This document shows, one piece after another, positions 12,656 to 26,854 of a stretch of DNA of 64,000 nt. Every line of letters begins with the position of its first letter. The first letter of the stretch is position 1. The stretch spans positions 27,156,001-27,220,000 of the forward strand of contig CM022670.1 of NCBI GenBank assembly GCA_012295275.1, given 5' to 3'. Under the pieces are notes generated by a model that made no database searches, was not told the DNA's origin, and saw only the letters and a list, made by a program, of their open reading frames with translations. The translations under genes and the position numbers were made by a program. Source of the stretch: Chrysomallon squamiferum (taxonomy: Eukaryota; Animalia; Mollusca).

Positions 12656-15600
12656 TTAATTGATAACATGTCTATTTCTTGCTGATAAGATTGGTGTATT
12701 TTCATCATCAGAGTCATCATTTTCTTCTTTAGTCTTAGCAACTGATTCCTCAACCTCCATAGCACGGCGGGCTTTCTCCTTTCGACTTATGTTAAGAATA
12801 CCATGCTAGAATGTTAAAGAAGAAGAAATGCCAGAAGGGAAAATAATGGTAATAAAAATTCTAAACGAAAAACGTGGCGGTATATAAGAACTTGATTTAA
12901 TATAGTTACCACAAAAACAATATATTTGTGTTTTGCTTAAAATTTATAATCATGATAATCATGTATTTTTTTATTCTTTTTATTAAAGTCAATTTTGATT
13001 TAAATTTGATTTCAGGTTTTTTGTTTAAGTTTCAGTAACTGCACACTATTTTGTTAAAAATTTGAAAGGTTCAAATAAAAAAATAAAAAACAATTAAGGC
13101 ATTTTCAATGTCTAATTAAGTAACGCAATGTAAATGCTTAATTTGATTAAATCATTTCCTTTCATTATTAATAACATAATTCATAATTTAACTGATTCAT
13201 ATTTCTTTTATCTTTATATGTAAATCACCTTCATTTTGTCCTACTCACCTTTTTTTTATCATTGATGCTAAGTGCCACAGTTGTTGCTACACATGCTAGA
13301 ATGTTGGCTAGGAGAAAAATCATCACATATTTCCATCTTTTCAGAGTTTCATCTTTTGGAAGACTATTTTAAAAAACAAAAGAAAAACAAATACAAAATT
13401 TAAAAGAAATAAATAAATGTAAAAAGAAATAAGAATAAAATTAAAAAACCCTTTTATAACAGAGAAAAGTTTAAAAACATAATATTTTATATAATTTATT
13501 AATATTTTTATTATAAATAATAATAAACAAAATTGTATCTGTTTCAATATCTAAAATGTACTGTATTTGTATGTGTGTGTTTTTATGTATGTACATGAAT
13601 GTATCTAACCACATATAATATTTTGTTTTATTTTCTTTTGTTTTGCTATTTTAAAAAAAATATATAAAATATAAAATATTTTATAAAAATTAGAAGAAAA
13701 GAACATGAATACATACTGATGATTTTTACCAAGAATTTCTCCTACGATCAGATTAGAAATCCCTATTCCAATCATCTGCAGAGATGTTGTTAATCCCATG
13801 GCTGTTCCAACAGTAGCTTGTGTTACCACCAGTGGTATGCTTGGCCATAAGCTAGCCTGAGAAATAAATCACACTACATATTAAATAATATAAACAACTG
13901 AATGATTTTTGTTTTTAAGTTTTTAAATTGATACTAGAAGGAGTGAATATTAAAAAATATCTATTAAATAAATTGTAAAGATTAATGTGCACCTTAAGTA
14001 TTGGTGAAATATGAATAATAACAACAATATTCTGATGTGGTAAAAATAATTTCTTAACTAAAGAATAGTTAATGCACAGTAATTATAAAAGTAATTATAA
14101 TATTCTAGCAATTTCTCATTCTTATGTTTAAAAAAATTTATTTTCACAAAGGAAAATGTTTAAATACCTAATTAATTTACTCAAAACATCTGTTACATAA
14201 CTGTCTAGAAAATGAAAGCAACATATCTACAATGTGAAATACAAAAGCAGTTTTGATTCACTGTATGATTATAAAATCTCTTAAGCCAAAATAAATGTAT
14301 GGTTATCATTAACATTAAAATCAACCTGTTGTATTTACCCATTGAAATTTTTTGATTACTTAACTTCTGATCATAATGTTACATAGCAATACTGTGGAAG
14401 AATATGTAATATATTCAGATATTCAAAGGCAGAAGTCTTTTTCTGCTAGCTGAGATTTAAAAATTTTTTCTTACAAAATTAAATCCTGATTATTATCTTA
14501 CAGCTAGTTTTTCCAGTTGTGAAGGTATCTTATGGCAAAATTGCCATCAATATCTTGGATTCAAAGGGTTAAAAACTCATATCACACTTGTTAACTGCTA
14601 TGGATTTGTAATTCATGAAGTACTTACAGCAGCCACTGAATAGGTAAACCCTAACCAGACTGTGGCTACTACAGGGTACACATAGGAGAATGCCAGGATA
14701 CCAAATACTGGAATGGACATCAGAGCACAGAGAATGGCTAAATATCCACGTTTTCCAAGCACGTCCTGTAAACAAAATGAGAAACTTGTACATCAAAACT
14801 GAACATATTTTCTGAAGATGAGTTAACTAATTTTAGATTATTTTTTCACTCTTCCTATTTCTTGAGATCAGTTTTTGTTTGTAATAAGGTTGATAAAGAG
14901 TTACATGGATACTGAGAGTCTGCACTCTTTTAACTCTTTACAGTTAGCTGAATGAGAGAGAGTTAACCTAATAAAAGGAAGCATGTACTAGTTTATTTAT
15001 AAAGTGTACCAAAATGATTTTATAGCTATAAAAACAAAATAAATTAAAAACATGAAACATCCAAATGCTAAAATGTACCTCAGTAAATAAATTTATCTGA
15101 AGAGCCTACTGTAGTTATTGTCAGTTTTCTGTTAGGCAGATGTATTTTAAACTTACTATAAAAGCACCCAGGAATGGAGACAACACTAAGGAGACATCAT
15201 AGACTGCTCCAACAATGTAAGATGATGTTGTGTCAGAAAATCCGTATTTCACTTGAATAAATTTACTGAATTTATAGAATAAAAAAGAAGTAATTTGTAG
15301 AAAATGAAAAGTGCAGGCATAGGGATTTAAAAGAAAATATTTGTTTTAAAACCCACCCATGTAACATTATGCAATGTTTTGTAATTGTTTCAGTTTAAGG
15401 ATTCCTCTTGCAACATATATTTCTACTCATGTGACAGGACATTTTAGAGTTTCAAACTGAAGTAAAAGTGCACTTGTGGCATTATGAATTGTCTATTTAT
15501 ACTTTCAGGTTACTATTTTACTATTAGAGTGTTCTGTCATCATCATTAATAACAAAGTATGGCAATAAAAATAATATTCTTCCAAAATAACTCAAATTGG

Positions 15601-18600
15601 ACCTCACAGCCAACAGCCTAAAAACACTTAACAGATAAACAGATGTCAACAAACCTTGCATCAGCAACAAATGCAAATACTCCATTGTAAAAGAACATGA
15701 TGGACAACACTACCAACCAGAATGAAAGACTGAAATGTCGAATGTCAGAGAATTTCTGCAAAGAAAAAAGAATCAGAAATTTAACTGAGATTAACATAAA
15801 ATGCTTTAATAATTACAAAAAAACATCCTGAGATAACCAATATCAGTAAAACAACTGTTCAAACATTGCTATTTTAACTTTTTTCTAAACTCTTTTATTT
15901 TAAAAAGGTTGCTTTAATTTGCAGTATTATTCAGATAAATCTTTGTTATGAATTAGCAATATTATAGAAATACACACTAGTCTTTTAGATTCAGTTTTTA
16001 TGTTGGCCTCCTCTCCTAGTTGTTTGACTCCATAAATGTCCAGAAAGCTGAGAATAATGGCTGACATAAAGCCCAAAGCACAAAGTATTGCACCTGGCAT
16101 AATAAAGAAAACATTAGAAAACAAAAATAAAGCTAATAAGAAAAAGTTTATTAAAAAACATATTATTACAATTTTTATAATATTTTCTAATCATAATGAC
16201 ATATGTTTTAATTTATGTATCTTGTGAAAATAAGACACAAAGAAAGAGTAATTACTGTACATAAATCAATTCGATAATAAAAATATCTGGAAAAAAACTA
16301 AAATAATAATAATAATTATTATTATAACAATAATAATGATAATAATTACAACTATATTTTACTTTAAGGATAAAAATGTTATTAAATAAAACAAATGCAA
16401 ATTTTAGAAAAATTGCTCCTCAGTAATTTGGACAACATTCATTAACATCTGGACTACTTTGAAAAATAATTTTAGTTCAGAAATTGAATTATCTTTTTTT
16501 ATCATTAGTTACCTGCCCACAATGTCCAGGTGAGACCAAAAGCATGAGCAAAACTTTCAGTGAAAAAGAAGTTGAGGACACTTCCAGCACGAGAAAAACA
16601 TAGAGTGATGCCAAAAGCCATGGCAAGTTCTTTGTTCCGAAACCAAAATGCAGTAATTTTGTTCTGGACAACTAAAATAAGAAATAGAAATAAGAAGAAG
16701 AAGAAAAAGAAATAGAAAAAAATAATAAAAAATGTCTTTGAACAAATAAAAATATATGACATCACCATGTGCTGCCAGATCTTTATAAATTATCTTTCCC
16801 TTTCTGCTCTGTTATTTACAAACATGTTCAAAACTAGTGTAATACAAACTGCAGTGTGGTCAAAATATTAAAACCAACTTGTGAGTGATCCATTTCCTGA
16901 GCCAAAGATGAGCCTTCCTATCAGCATGAGTGGTAGCATTGCTGCAGTTCCCTTCAGCATGCATCCTATAGCAAACACACTGGATCCCAGAACACAAAGA
17001 AAAGAAAACAGGAACACTCCAACTGAAAATTAAAGTTAAAATAACTGCTCAGTGACTATCTGAATAAACTGAATGAATACCTGCAAAATTATACTGCAAT
17101 ATAATTTTTGAAAAGTTATTGACATCTATTTTAATATCAATGATCATTAATTATAAGACATAATACTATGGCTTTTAAATAATTAAAATATTTACAAACT
17201 GCAAAAAATATAACATAACTAAACTTACTAATTTGGATAGTAGCAAAGGATCATCTATATTCATATATGTATTTATGTAGTATTATAGTTATAAAACTCT
17301 GAGTGAATTGGAAAATCACTAAAGTGAAAACAGCTGACTGTTTCTTTATCTCATTTAAGTTTTTGAAAAAACACAACTGGAACATCAAGGAGCACTTTCT
17401 TACAGGTTAAATCTGTAATAAACAATTTCTCAGTTTCTTGGTTCATAAAATTTATTTTCTTAAATTCGTAAACAAAAATAATAAGTACTTTTAAAAAAGA
17501 TTAAAAAAAAAAGTTTGTATGAAAATATATAAATCACAAAGTATGTATTGTGTTGAGTAAGGCTTATAGATCAAGTAAAATGTTTTTAATAGAGAGCATT
17601 AGCAGATTTTATAGAAAAAAGTAAATGAGTACCTCTATTTCCAACTTTGTCAACAAGAAACCCAGCACCAATCACAACAACTGCATTTCTATAATAAAAC
17701 ATTTAAAAAATAATTTTACACAGAATAATAAATATATTGTCATACATGATCACCTGACAAAACCATGTCTTTTTTCTACTGTTATAAATAATGATAATAT
17801 GAAAATTTTATGAAGCAACAGATGGCTTAAAGTCCATTTGAAGTAATTTTTGATATATTCATTTATTTCCTGTTGCAATAAAAAAAAATACATTTTCAAT
17901 AAATGAGTGTGTATATGAGTGTGTGTGCGAGTGTGGTTGTAGGTGTGTATGTATTTGTGATGTAATAAGTAATTCTAGGCATTTGATAACAAAGTAAGTT
18001 AATATATTCTGAAGATGACATTCATCATTCACTGTAAATATGGAGGTCCTACCAAAAGTGTCATCTGTACAGCAATCATTGTGACAAAAAGCTATTCAAA
18101 GACTGTTTTAAAGAAATCTCATATTTTTATAGTATAAGAACCACCATTAGTGTGGTGGTAAAATATACTTTAGAAATATCACTATCTGATGCTTTAGTGC
18201 AAAGAATTGAACATACTCAATATTTTTTAGAATTATCAAGAAAAACGAATCTTTCACACAGACATATATTTAGTTTCTTTTAAGCAGACTGCAGATATCT
18301 GGTGTCAGTGCCCTTTTGTCTTGTAAAGTTTTTCTTTAAAAACATTGAGAGATCAATTAATTTACGAGTACCATATTTATTAAATTTTGTATATATTATA
18401 TATCATGCACTACTTTGAAAATTGTTATAAAATGTATTTAATGAAATGTACATGGAATTAGTATAATTTAAGAACATTCATTAAAAGTATGTAATTTAGA
18501 TGTAAAGTACAATGAAACCATTCAACCCTAGCACCAAATAAAATGTCCAGTTACTAAAAAACAAAGGTTAATAATAATAAAAAAATGAATATAAATTTAA

Positions 18601-20040
18601 CTTTGCATCATGGCATTAATACAATATAATTTAAAAAAATAAATCTCAATTTAAAAATTATTCCATGTAAAGTTTTAATGCATAATGCATTTGAAGTGGA
18701 TTTAAGTTTATGTTAGATGTCTAAAATTAACTTTTCTTGAAAATGTTTTTTTTCCATTACACTTAAAAGTGTTTTAAAATTATGTATCTAAAGGTTCCAT
18801 TCCTGGATACTATATCCTGTATGTTACAACAATAATAATATATATATGAGGCCAGGTTTGTAAAGCACACAAGTTCAATTTTGAATACATCTTTAATTTC
18901 TCTGCCTGTTTCTATAACACCATAGACAATTATAGTATAAAAACACTACAGACAATAATATTGTAGTTATGTTGCAGAGAACTGGCCCAAACATCTGCCT
19001 CTCTTGCCAGATAATTGGAGGAATTTCCCAAGTACTTTTCATTTAAACAAGGAGAAATAAACCTGACATGTCAATGGTGTTTTTGTATCTTTAGATACTT
19101 TTAGTTCAATCCCTCACAAATATATGAAGGTTCATCTTCTTCATTTTCACAGTGCCATTTTTTCTGGATGTAATTTTTTTTCAGGTTTCTTTTTCACTGG
19201 TGTAATTTTTTTCCTACACCTATTAATACAGGTATGTTTTTATTAACTTAAAGATACGAAGTTGGCAAATAACCTCCAGAGTATTTAGCTTGATGTTTAA
19301 ATCATATCTGTACTAAATTTAGTTTGAAAAATGTAGAACCAATATTCAAGTAAATATAGTAACTCTGTTTAAAATTTCCATAAGTCACTTTGTTTTGATA
19401 ACTTATCAGATACTTTTATAGTAATAAACTCTCCTGCAACACATAAATGAGAATAAAGAATCATTTTTAACTTACGTCCAGGCATAGATGGCATAAAGCA
19501 GGTTGTAGTTGCTTGCCGTCATTCCTAAGCAGTCGGTACAGTTGTTGCAGTGGGATGTCTTGTTTCCAATAAACACACCATCATCACCAGTCCCATTAGT
19601 ACAGTTATTAACCTTATAATAAAATTAATAAATTCAAAATACCAGTATTCTCTTGTTATGCAGTAACATCAAGAAACATCGTATTGGTTACATTTTACAT
19701 GTAGTGTGATTGGTATATTTTAAAACACATCTACCAGTGCAGTGAAGTTCATTTGATGACATGTCAGTCCACCTTTTCTGTAAAACAATTTTCAAAACAC
19801 ACTGCAAGTGATTTTTATTTAAATATTTACTTGATCGCCTATTAAATTCCAGTATAAAATGATTACTGATCATTACTAAAACATTTTCAGTTACAGACAT
19901 TATCAATATTTCCAAATGATGTCTCCAGAAAATTTGTCTGTGAAAAATCTATTCAAAAACTAAATCCATGAACAGATTTGGGGTTTATCTCATCTCAGTC
20001 AACTAATCTGGTATATCATATTGATTCCAAAAAAAACAAA

Positions 20041-20102
<62 letters not shown>

Positions 20103-20219
20103 TAAACACTTACATCAGTAAACTGGTGTTGAAGAACACTTGGCATATCAAAACAAAAATATGATCCAAAAGTGAGCATACAGTTGAAAAAAAGAATGAG
20201 AAATCGATAACCAACTGAA

Positions 20220-20284
<65 letters not shown>

Positions 20285-20845
20285 TAAACAAACAACAAAA
20301 TAAATTATGTTTATTATTTAAAATTTAATGAATCAAATATACAAACACTTAAATCAAAATTTGTACACATTTAGTATTATTTATTTATTTTAAATATTAA
20401 AAGCAATATATTTTACCTAGCCATTTTAAGCAAGCCAGCTCAGTTAAAGTTAAATTTTAATACATTTTTTTTTTGTTTTTATGAATTACGATACTGTCGT
20501 AAGATACACTACATTTTGTAAAAGATTTTATTAACCACTATTAATTAATTCATTCATTAATCAGCCGATAACAAAGTTTACAGAAGACGCAGATTTAAAC
20601 TTGGCGCGTGATAGCACTACTAATTAGTATTTTGATCCGCAGTGTCCTGTACAATGTATATTAATGAGGTGTTAGGTTTAACTATCGTAGTTCTGTTTTA
20701 GCCATTGGCAGTTCCAGCAAAGAGTGTTGGAAAGGTTCAGTTAGTTTATCCAACTAAAAAATAAACCATATACACATACAGAAAAGTACATGACGAAAAA
20801 CAACAAAATTAAAAACTTACCGCGACGAGCATCTAAACTCGCCAT
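12656..20845 (-). CDS. MFSD1: MFSD1-family lysosomal major facilitator transporter, about 496 aa, 13 exons
   Basis: Exons 20845-20821, 20214-20114 (RFLILFFNCMLTFGSYFCFDMPSVLQ), 19612-19476 (NYNLLYAIYAW), 17688-17633, 17022-16879 (GRLIFGSGNGSL), 16671-16513 (WFRNKELAMAFG..SRAGSVLNF), 16093-15978, 15755-15655, 15265-15157, 14765-14628, 13856-13717 (ASLWPSIPLVV..GTAMG), 13363-13249, 12805-12656 (TAA). Total 1491 nt, in frame. May be an MFSD1-like paralog. Confidence 0.9.
20043..20099. repeat. (GT)n microsatellite
   Basis: Direct reading. Confidence 0.95.
20220..20281. repeat. (AAT)n microsatellite abutting the MFSD1 exon 2 acceptor
   Basis: Direct reading. Confidence 0.95.
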
Positions 20846-20852
20846 TTTGAGA

Positions 20853-20862
20853 GTCACGTGAA
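20853..20862. promoter_or_regulatory. CLEAR/E-box (TFEB/MITF-type) element upstream of MFSD1
   Basis: GTCACGTGAA matches the CLEAR consensus GTCACGTGAC at 9/10 and sits 8 bp upstream of the ATG of a lysosomal gene. Confidence 0.6.
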
Positions 20863-23800
20863 ATTTGCGATTGTACGCTTTTAATTCGTTCTTTTCCGTA
20901 TGTTAACGACGTAAACGATACTCTTCTAACACGAGATTGTTTATATACCTCTCTACATCAAGATTGCATAAAGGAAATGACCTCAGTCTAACGTTTTACT
21001 TTGATTTGGTTTAATAAATTATTACATTCGGTTCCAAATATAATTTCCATTTATATTATAAACGTATTTTAAATTTATTATTATTATTTTATTTTATTTA
21101 CTTATATCTGGGCAAGAGAAATAGGTATAATCATGGTACTATAAGTAGAATAACATAATTATGGTATGTTTCTTTGTATAATTTATCATAAAAATAAACT
21201 TTTATTAATGATTTATTATTATTATTAGTAGTAATAATATTACATGTATTGTTATAAAAATAATTAAATATCTAATAGTTTTTATTATTAAGCTTTTTGA
21301 TTTCATTCTTGCTTTGTTAAAGTTTGTTATTCTTTATAATTCTGATCAAATATCACTGAGCTACCCATATATATGCAGAACAGTTCTGCATGACGTATTG
21401 TGTAAAACATTTTTTTTTTAAAAACGTTTGTTTTAGTTTAAGAGTGTTAACCAAGTTCAATGAAGAAGAAAGACTATTTAATCATTTGTTTTGGACATTT
21501 CAACTCTATTCATTACATATTTGTTTATTTTTAATTTTATTTATATTTTTATTCACTATTTTAAGGTTTATGTGTATTGTCAAATCTTTCAAATTTATTT
21601 CCATTGTCATAATTGTTTATAAAGTTCAACTTGCACTCCTTATCTGACTTTAAATCACCACAAGACAAATTTTACGACCTTTTGCATTTAAACATTATGG
21701 TCCATATCCTGAATAACTTTCACTGGTCCAGTTCAGTTATATGCTGCATCCACTTTGATGGAGAAGATAAGTATGATAAATCTAGTAACCTCATTTTCAA
21801 AATCTGTATGTTTTATTCTGCTTTTTCTTTTGTTTTTTATTTCCTTATCTTTGAAACCTAAAGTAGTGCTTGCAGTTTGTCCATACATGTCATCATAAAA
21901 TATTAAAGTTTATTTCTAAATAAATCTTCTTCTAGTCCCACTTCACAGATGTCCATTTCTAACTTAAAAAAAAAAAACATATGTATCCATATATATACTG
22001 TTATATAATTGTAACTAGTGGGTTGGTGTTAATCTTAGGCCATGCCTAGAGCAACATTGCCAGAACATGCTGAACTAATGAGTGCTATTGCAGCATCAGC
22101 AGGACAAATCAACATACAACTGACATGAGAAAAGGCATGACACAGATTTACTTAGAATGGTATTGGCTAATTTTGTAAGGAGTGACAGCTGTCACAAGAA
22201 AGGAATATAAAGCTGTGAAAATGTGTAGGCAGGGAATTCATCAGATTGTCAAATTTGATGAGGAGAAGTTTGGTAGACAGGATGATGCGCAGGTGATTAT
22301 CTGTTTTATGAGATATATACAAACTGTTTAAAATATATGCTTTGGACTTCTGGTTTTCAAAACACTAAAATATCATTTGTATCATCACTATATATATTAA
22401 AATTTCAAAACTCTTTCTGTTCAGTGATCTGAAATATTTTAATGTTAAAATGAACAATATCTATTGATTTGCAATGTTCAAACAATTTTTCTACTGCAAG
22501 GCAGTTTAAAAAAAAATATGATTTAATTGTTTATTTTTTTTGACTTCAGCATATAATAAATATTTGTTTTTATTCTCATGCAGTTCATTTCACGCTACCT
22601 GAATCTCAATAAGACGAAAACAAAAAATAATAGTAATAATATAATTATTTGCCACAATCAGAAGCTCTGAGAAGAAAAAAGTTAACTATTCATTTCAGTC
22701 CAGTCTCCACAATATTTTACTCTGAATTGGTTCTCTCACATTTTGTTAAGGTTTATTACCATCCTTTTCTTTTTGTTTCTCCATTTTTTATTTTGTTATA
22801 TTTTATTTCTGTGTACATATGTATGTCAGTGTTTCTTATTTCTTTTTGTTTTATGTACAGTAATTTTTACATCATTTCAATCATTTTTTCTTTTCATTCT
22901 TCAGAGGCTTGTTTTATCTTGTATTTTTTTAATGATTATTTTTAGTTTTAGCCTTTTTAAAACCTTTTTTTCTTCCCTCATGTTTTTTTTATACATATTT
23001 TTTTCTTTTATTTATGATATCTACTTATTTCTTGTATTTCAGTTTCCTCTCTTCATATTCTTTTGTCTTCATGTATCTTTTTCAGTCTTCTCTCTAACAC
23101 ACATAAAAAATACATTAGACTATTAAATAATTTGTTTTACTCCACACCATTATTTTGTTGAGGCTAGTGAGAGCCATAAGTGTCACAGATCTGTAATTTT
23201 TATTAAATGAAATAAATATAAACTGTCATTTTTTTTGAAAAAGAACAAAAAGAAATTATGTTATTTAGATAGTTAATTATATCCACGTGTCTCGAAGATA
23301 CAGAATCTTCATTAAATAAAGTTAAAAAAAAATAAAACTCCTTTTCTCTGTTGTGCTCAGTGGTAAAAATGATGGTCTGACACATAATTGTGCATAAGGA
23401 GCTTCTTGTAGTATCTGCCTGGTTAGTATATTTCAACTATTTTCAGTTTTATTTAAAGGTTGCTCAATCACAGATGTCACGGTCTCACCAGTGGCTGTTA
23501 TAGAGAAGACTGAACATATTTCACTTGAATAAATAAATCGGAAGAATTTCAACAACTATAAGAAGGAATCTTTATTCTAAGGGATTGGTTTGCAATATGT
23601 GGGGATGGAGATACTACTAAAGTTTTCCAGCTAGGGGTTATTCTCATATTTTTATAGATGTAAACTGAATCTTCAAAATATATTTTCAGTTACTAAGTCA
23701 AATAATAATATTTTTTACCAAATAACTTTTAACTTTTAATAGGAAATGTCTTGTGTAAAGATATCAGATAAGTGAAAAATATTTTAGAGTTGTTTCTCTT

Positions 23801-26800
23801 AAACCATTAAAAACACTTTCTTTTCATAGATTAACTGATGTCAGTTATTTGATTTATTCATACCCTCTTAAATTTATGAAATATTTTTTAATTTTCTTCT
23901 TACATTAACATATTAATCAAGGTTTTAAATATTTACTTTCCAAAAAAAAAATGATTTAGTTTTTATAGGTAAGGATTAAAGAATGTATGCAATAAATGGA
24001 ATACATAAGCCAGATGTTTCTAAAGGCTATGTATTGACATTTGTATTTCCTTTCTTAAATAATAATCTAGCAGAACGTCTTGAAAAAAATATTAATGATT
24101 AAATCCAATTCAAGGTTATTTTAAGATTTACCCAAGAATAAAACTTAGGATATTATTAGCTGATAAATGTAAGGCATTTTATGACTTCCAGCATCTGGGG
24201 GAACCTTGTAAAATAATTATAATAACAGCTTATCTTCATGAGCAAAAAACACATACACAGCTTTTACAAAAACAACAAAAACTAATATTCTTGGATATTT
24301 TAATGTCAAATATTATTATTTCTTTTAATAATAATATATATTTTTTTGTTATTGGCCATGGAAAATAATTAAGTTAAATAAATGTATTCATGTTTGTATA
24401 ATATTAATAGGAAATAATCATAACAAAAAGAGAATAAAACAGAAAATGTAAAAAGTTTTAAATCAAAGTAAAATAAATAGGTCTCATACTTGTAAAAAAA
24501 TTTAAGTGTGTAAAAAAACATTTCAACAACAAAACATTTCAAGTATATTACAGTAATAAATATTTGTACAGTGAACCCTTGGCAGATTTCAATAGATCCT
24601 TGACAGAATGCTTAACTCAAAAAATATACTCATCATGTTAGGGGAAATACTTAATTATTTAGTTTGTTAAATACAAAGTAGTACTTTCAACAATGTTTAT
24701 GCAGGTTTAAATAAACGTTTTTCTCCACAGCTTTTGAAGAATTTTACCCTTTTCTCTCCATACATTTTGTTGATAGGACACAATCTGTTTCTCTAAATTC
24801 AGATCTGGATCAATACTCATTATTTGTTGCTTAACCGATTAAATCACAAAATATTTCATCAGATGAAAATATTTTAGTGGCTAAAATCTGAATCTCCCTG
24901 CAAGTGACTCTTGTTTTCATGCAGGAAATTTGAAAGCATTGAAAAAAATATTTACCATTAACATCAATGGATGGTTGCAATTAATATTACTAAAATAAAC
25001 ATGGGATATCCATATATAAATAATTACATTCACCAGACACATAATAATTCTTATTTTAAGGTATCAGTTTATAGTTACAGCAGAACAACTTCTACAAAAT
25101 AAATTAAAATTAAATTACTTTTTTTTCTTTTTAACTGAAATTTTCTGAATATTTACACTTTGTTTATGCTACATTTAAATTAAATTAATTATACTGCACT
25201 CTTCATGGATACTTTTATTAAGTTCTTCTCCATTATCGATGATATTTCAAGGGTCCACTGTAACAAATAATACCTGATTTAATTTTGTACACAGATAAGT
25301 GTTAACAACATAAGTAATTAAAAATTAAAAAATAAGTATCTTAACCAGATAAAAAAACAAAATGTAAGTAGAAATACATTAAAACTGGTGTAATTAAAAT
25401 GGATTTAATTAATCAGTGATGACAAATTATTTTCCTCTATAATAATTAATGAATTAATCCCATCTAAAATCACTAATGAAATTCCAGAAAAACAATATAC
25501 ATATTATATAAAATGGAAAACACAAAAAAAAACAGGTCTTAAAGAAAGAATGCATACATTGAAATAGTGCATCAAAATGGTAATTCAAGTTCTTATAATG
25601 TATACACAGATATTTCTGAAACAAAAAAATAATAAATTCAGACATTTTTAGAATACAATATTCAAACAAAGTATGTTAAAAAGAAATTAAATATAATTGC
25701 TTTCCCACATGGAAAAATGAAAGTAATGGTTCTTTTTGCTATTATTATTATTTTTAAATATGTATCAAATTTCTCACCAATGACTCGTCTTAAGTACAAA
25801 AATTCTGTGTTCAAATAAACATTCAACAAACATAATGTTTCTGTACTATAATTAAATTTAATTTTAAATGAGGATGAACACTGATGCAGATAATGGTTGG
25901 TTATAGAAATAAAAAGAGCTTTGATTAATTTATTGCTATACAATTTGGCACTGTTTAGCACTGGAGACAACAGCAAAAAAAAAAAAAAAAAAAAGTATTA
26001 TTAACTCAAATTAATTACAAACAAAAACACCACAAAAAACCCATTACAAAATACAGGCCCAGTTGTCTAGAGAACAACAAAAAGTATTCTGAGTTATACA
26101 CCCCATTATCTTAATAATTTGATAATAATTAACCAACAAATTTAAGGAAGAATAAAAGCTAATCGCCTTTTTTCTTGTCATTTACTTTTTACTGAAGAAT
26201 TGCATCAGGCAGTCAACACAATATAGCATGTTGTTTTACTATACAAAACAGAAAAAAAGTTGTGAGGTATTTTGAATTAAATAACAAGTTTTTAAACGGT
26301 CTTTCACTCTGATGAAGATGGCATGTATCTCCTGCCACTTTACATTCAGCGAATGGCATTTTGCAATGAATAAATACCCATATGTGGTCAGCTAATAGCA
26401 ACAATCTGATATTAGCGAAGTAAATGGGAGTGGGATGTTTGTTATAAAGTGGTTTGATCATGTGTAAAATTGATAAAGATTGATTTTTAATATAAATTTA
26501 TTAAAACCGGTAAAAAAAAAAAAAAGTAAGAGAAGTTTTTGAAACAATATGTGGTTATTCTTTCAGTATGCTCTAAGTATTATCTAAAAAAAGGTATTTG
26601 ATATTTGTATTGCAAAGAGAAACAAGGTGGTATTTATTATGTTATCAAAAAGATAACAAATTCTGTCCAATATTTTACCAAAGTTGTGTTGTGGTCTGAC
26701 AGTTTTTATGTAAAAACACTTATTGTACAAGGTAACTGACAGTTATTCAATACAAACAGATAATTGTATAATATTAAAGCTTATATATGTTTCTAAAGGT

Positions 26801-26854
26801 AAAACTCTGTTAAAACAAGAAAAGAAAGTATATTTTACTGGACAAGTGACTAGA

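Noticed and set aside
22649-23126. Phe/Leu-rich 98 and 127 aa ORFs resembling membrane proteins
   Set aside because: Result of T-rich low-complexity DNA; no motif or splice support.
26213-26461. 82-aa minus ORF and a CTGATGA hammerhead/C-box-like word downstream of DHCR24
   Set aside because: No recognisable protein, and no matching GAAA core or stems for a hammerhead; probably 3' UTR or a repeat.
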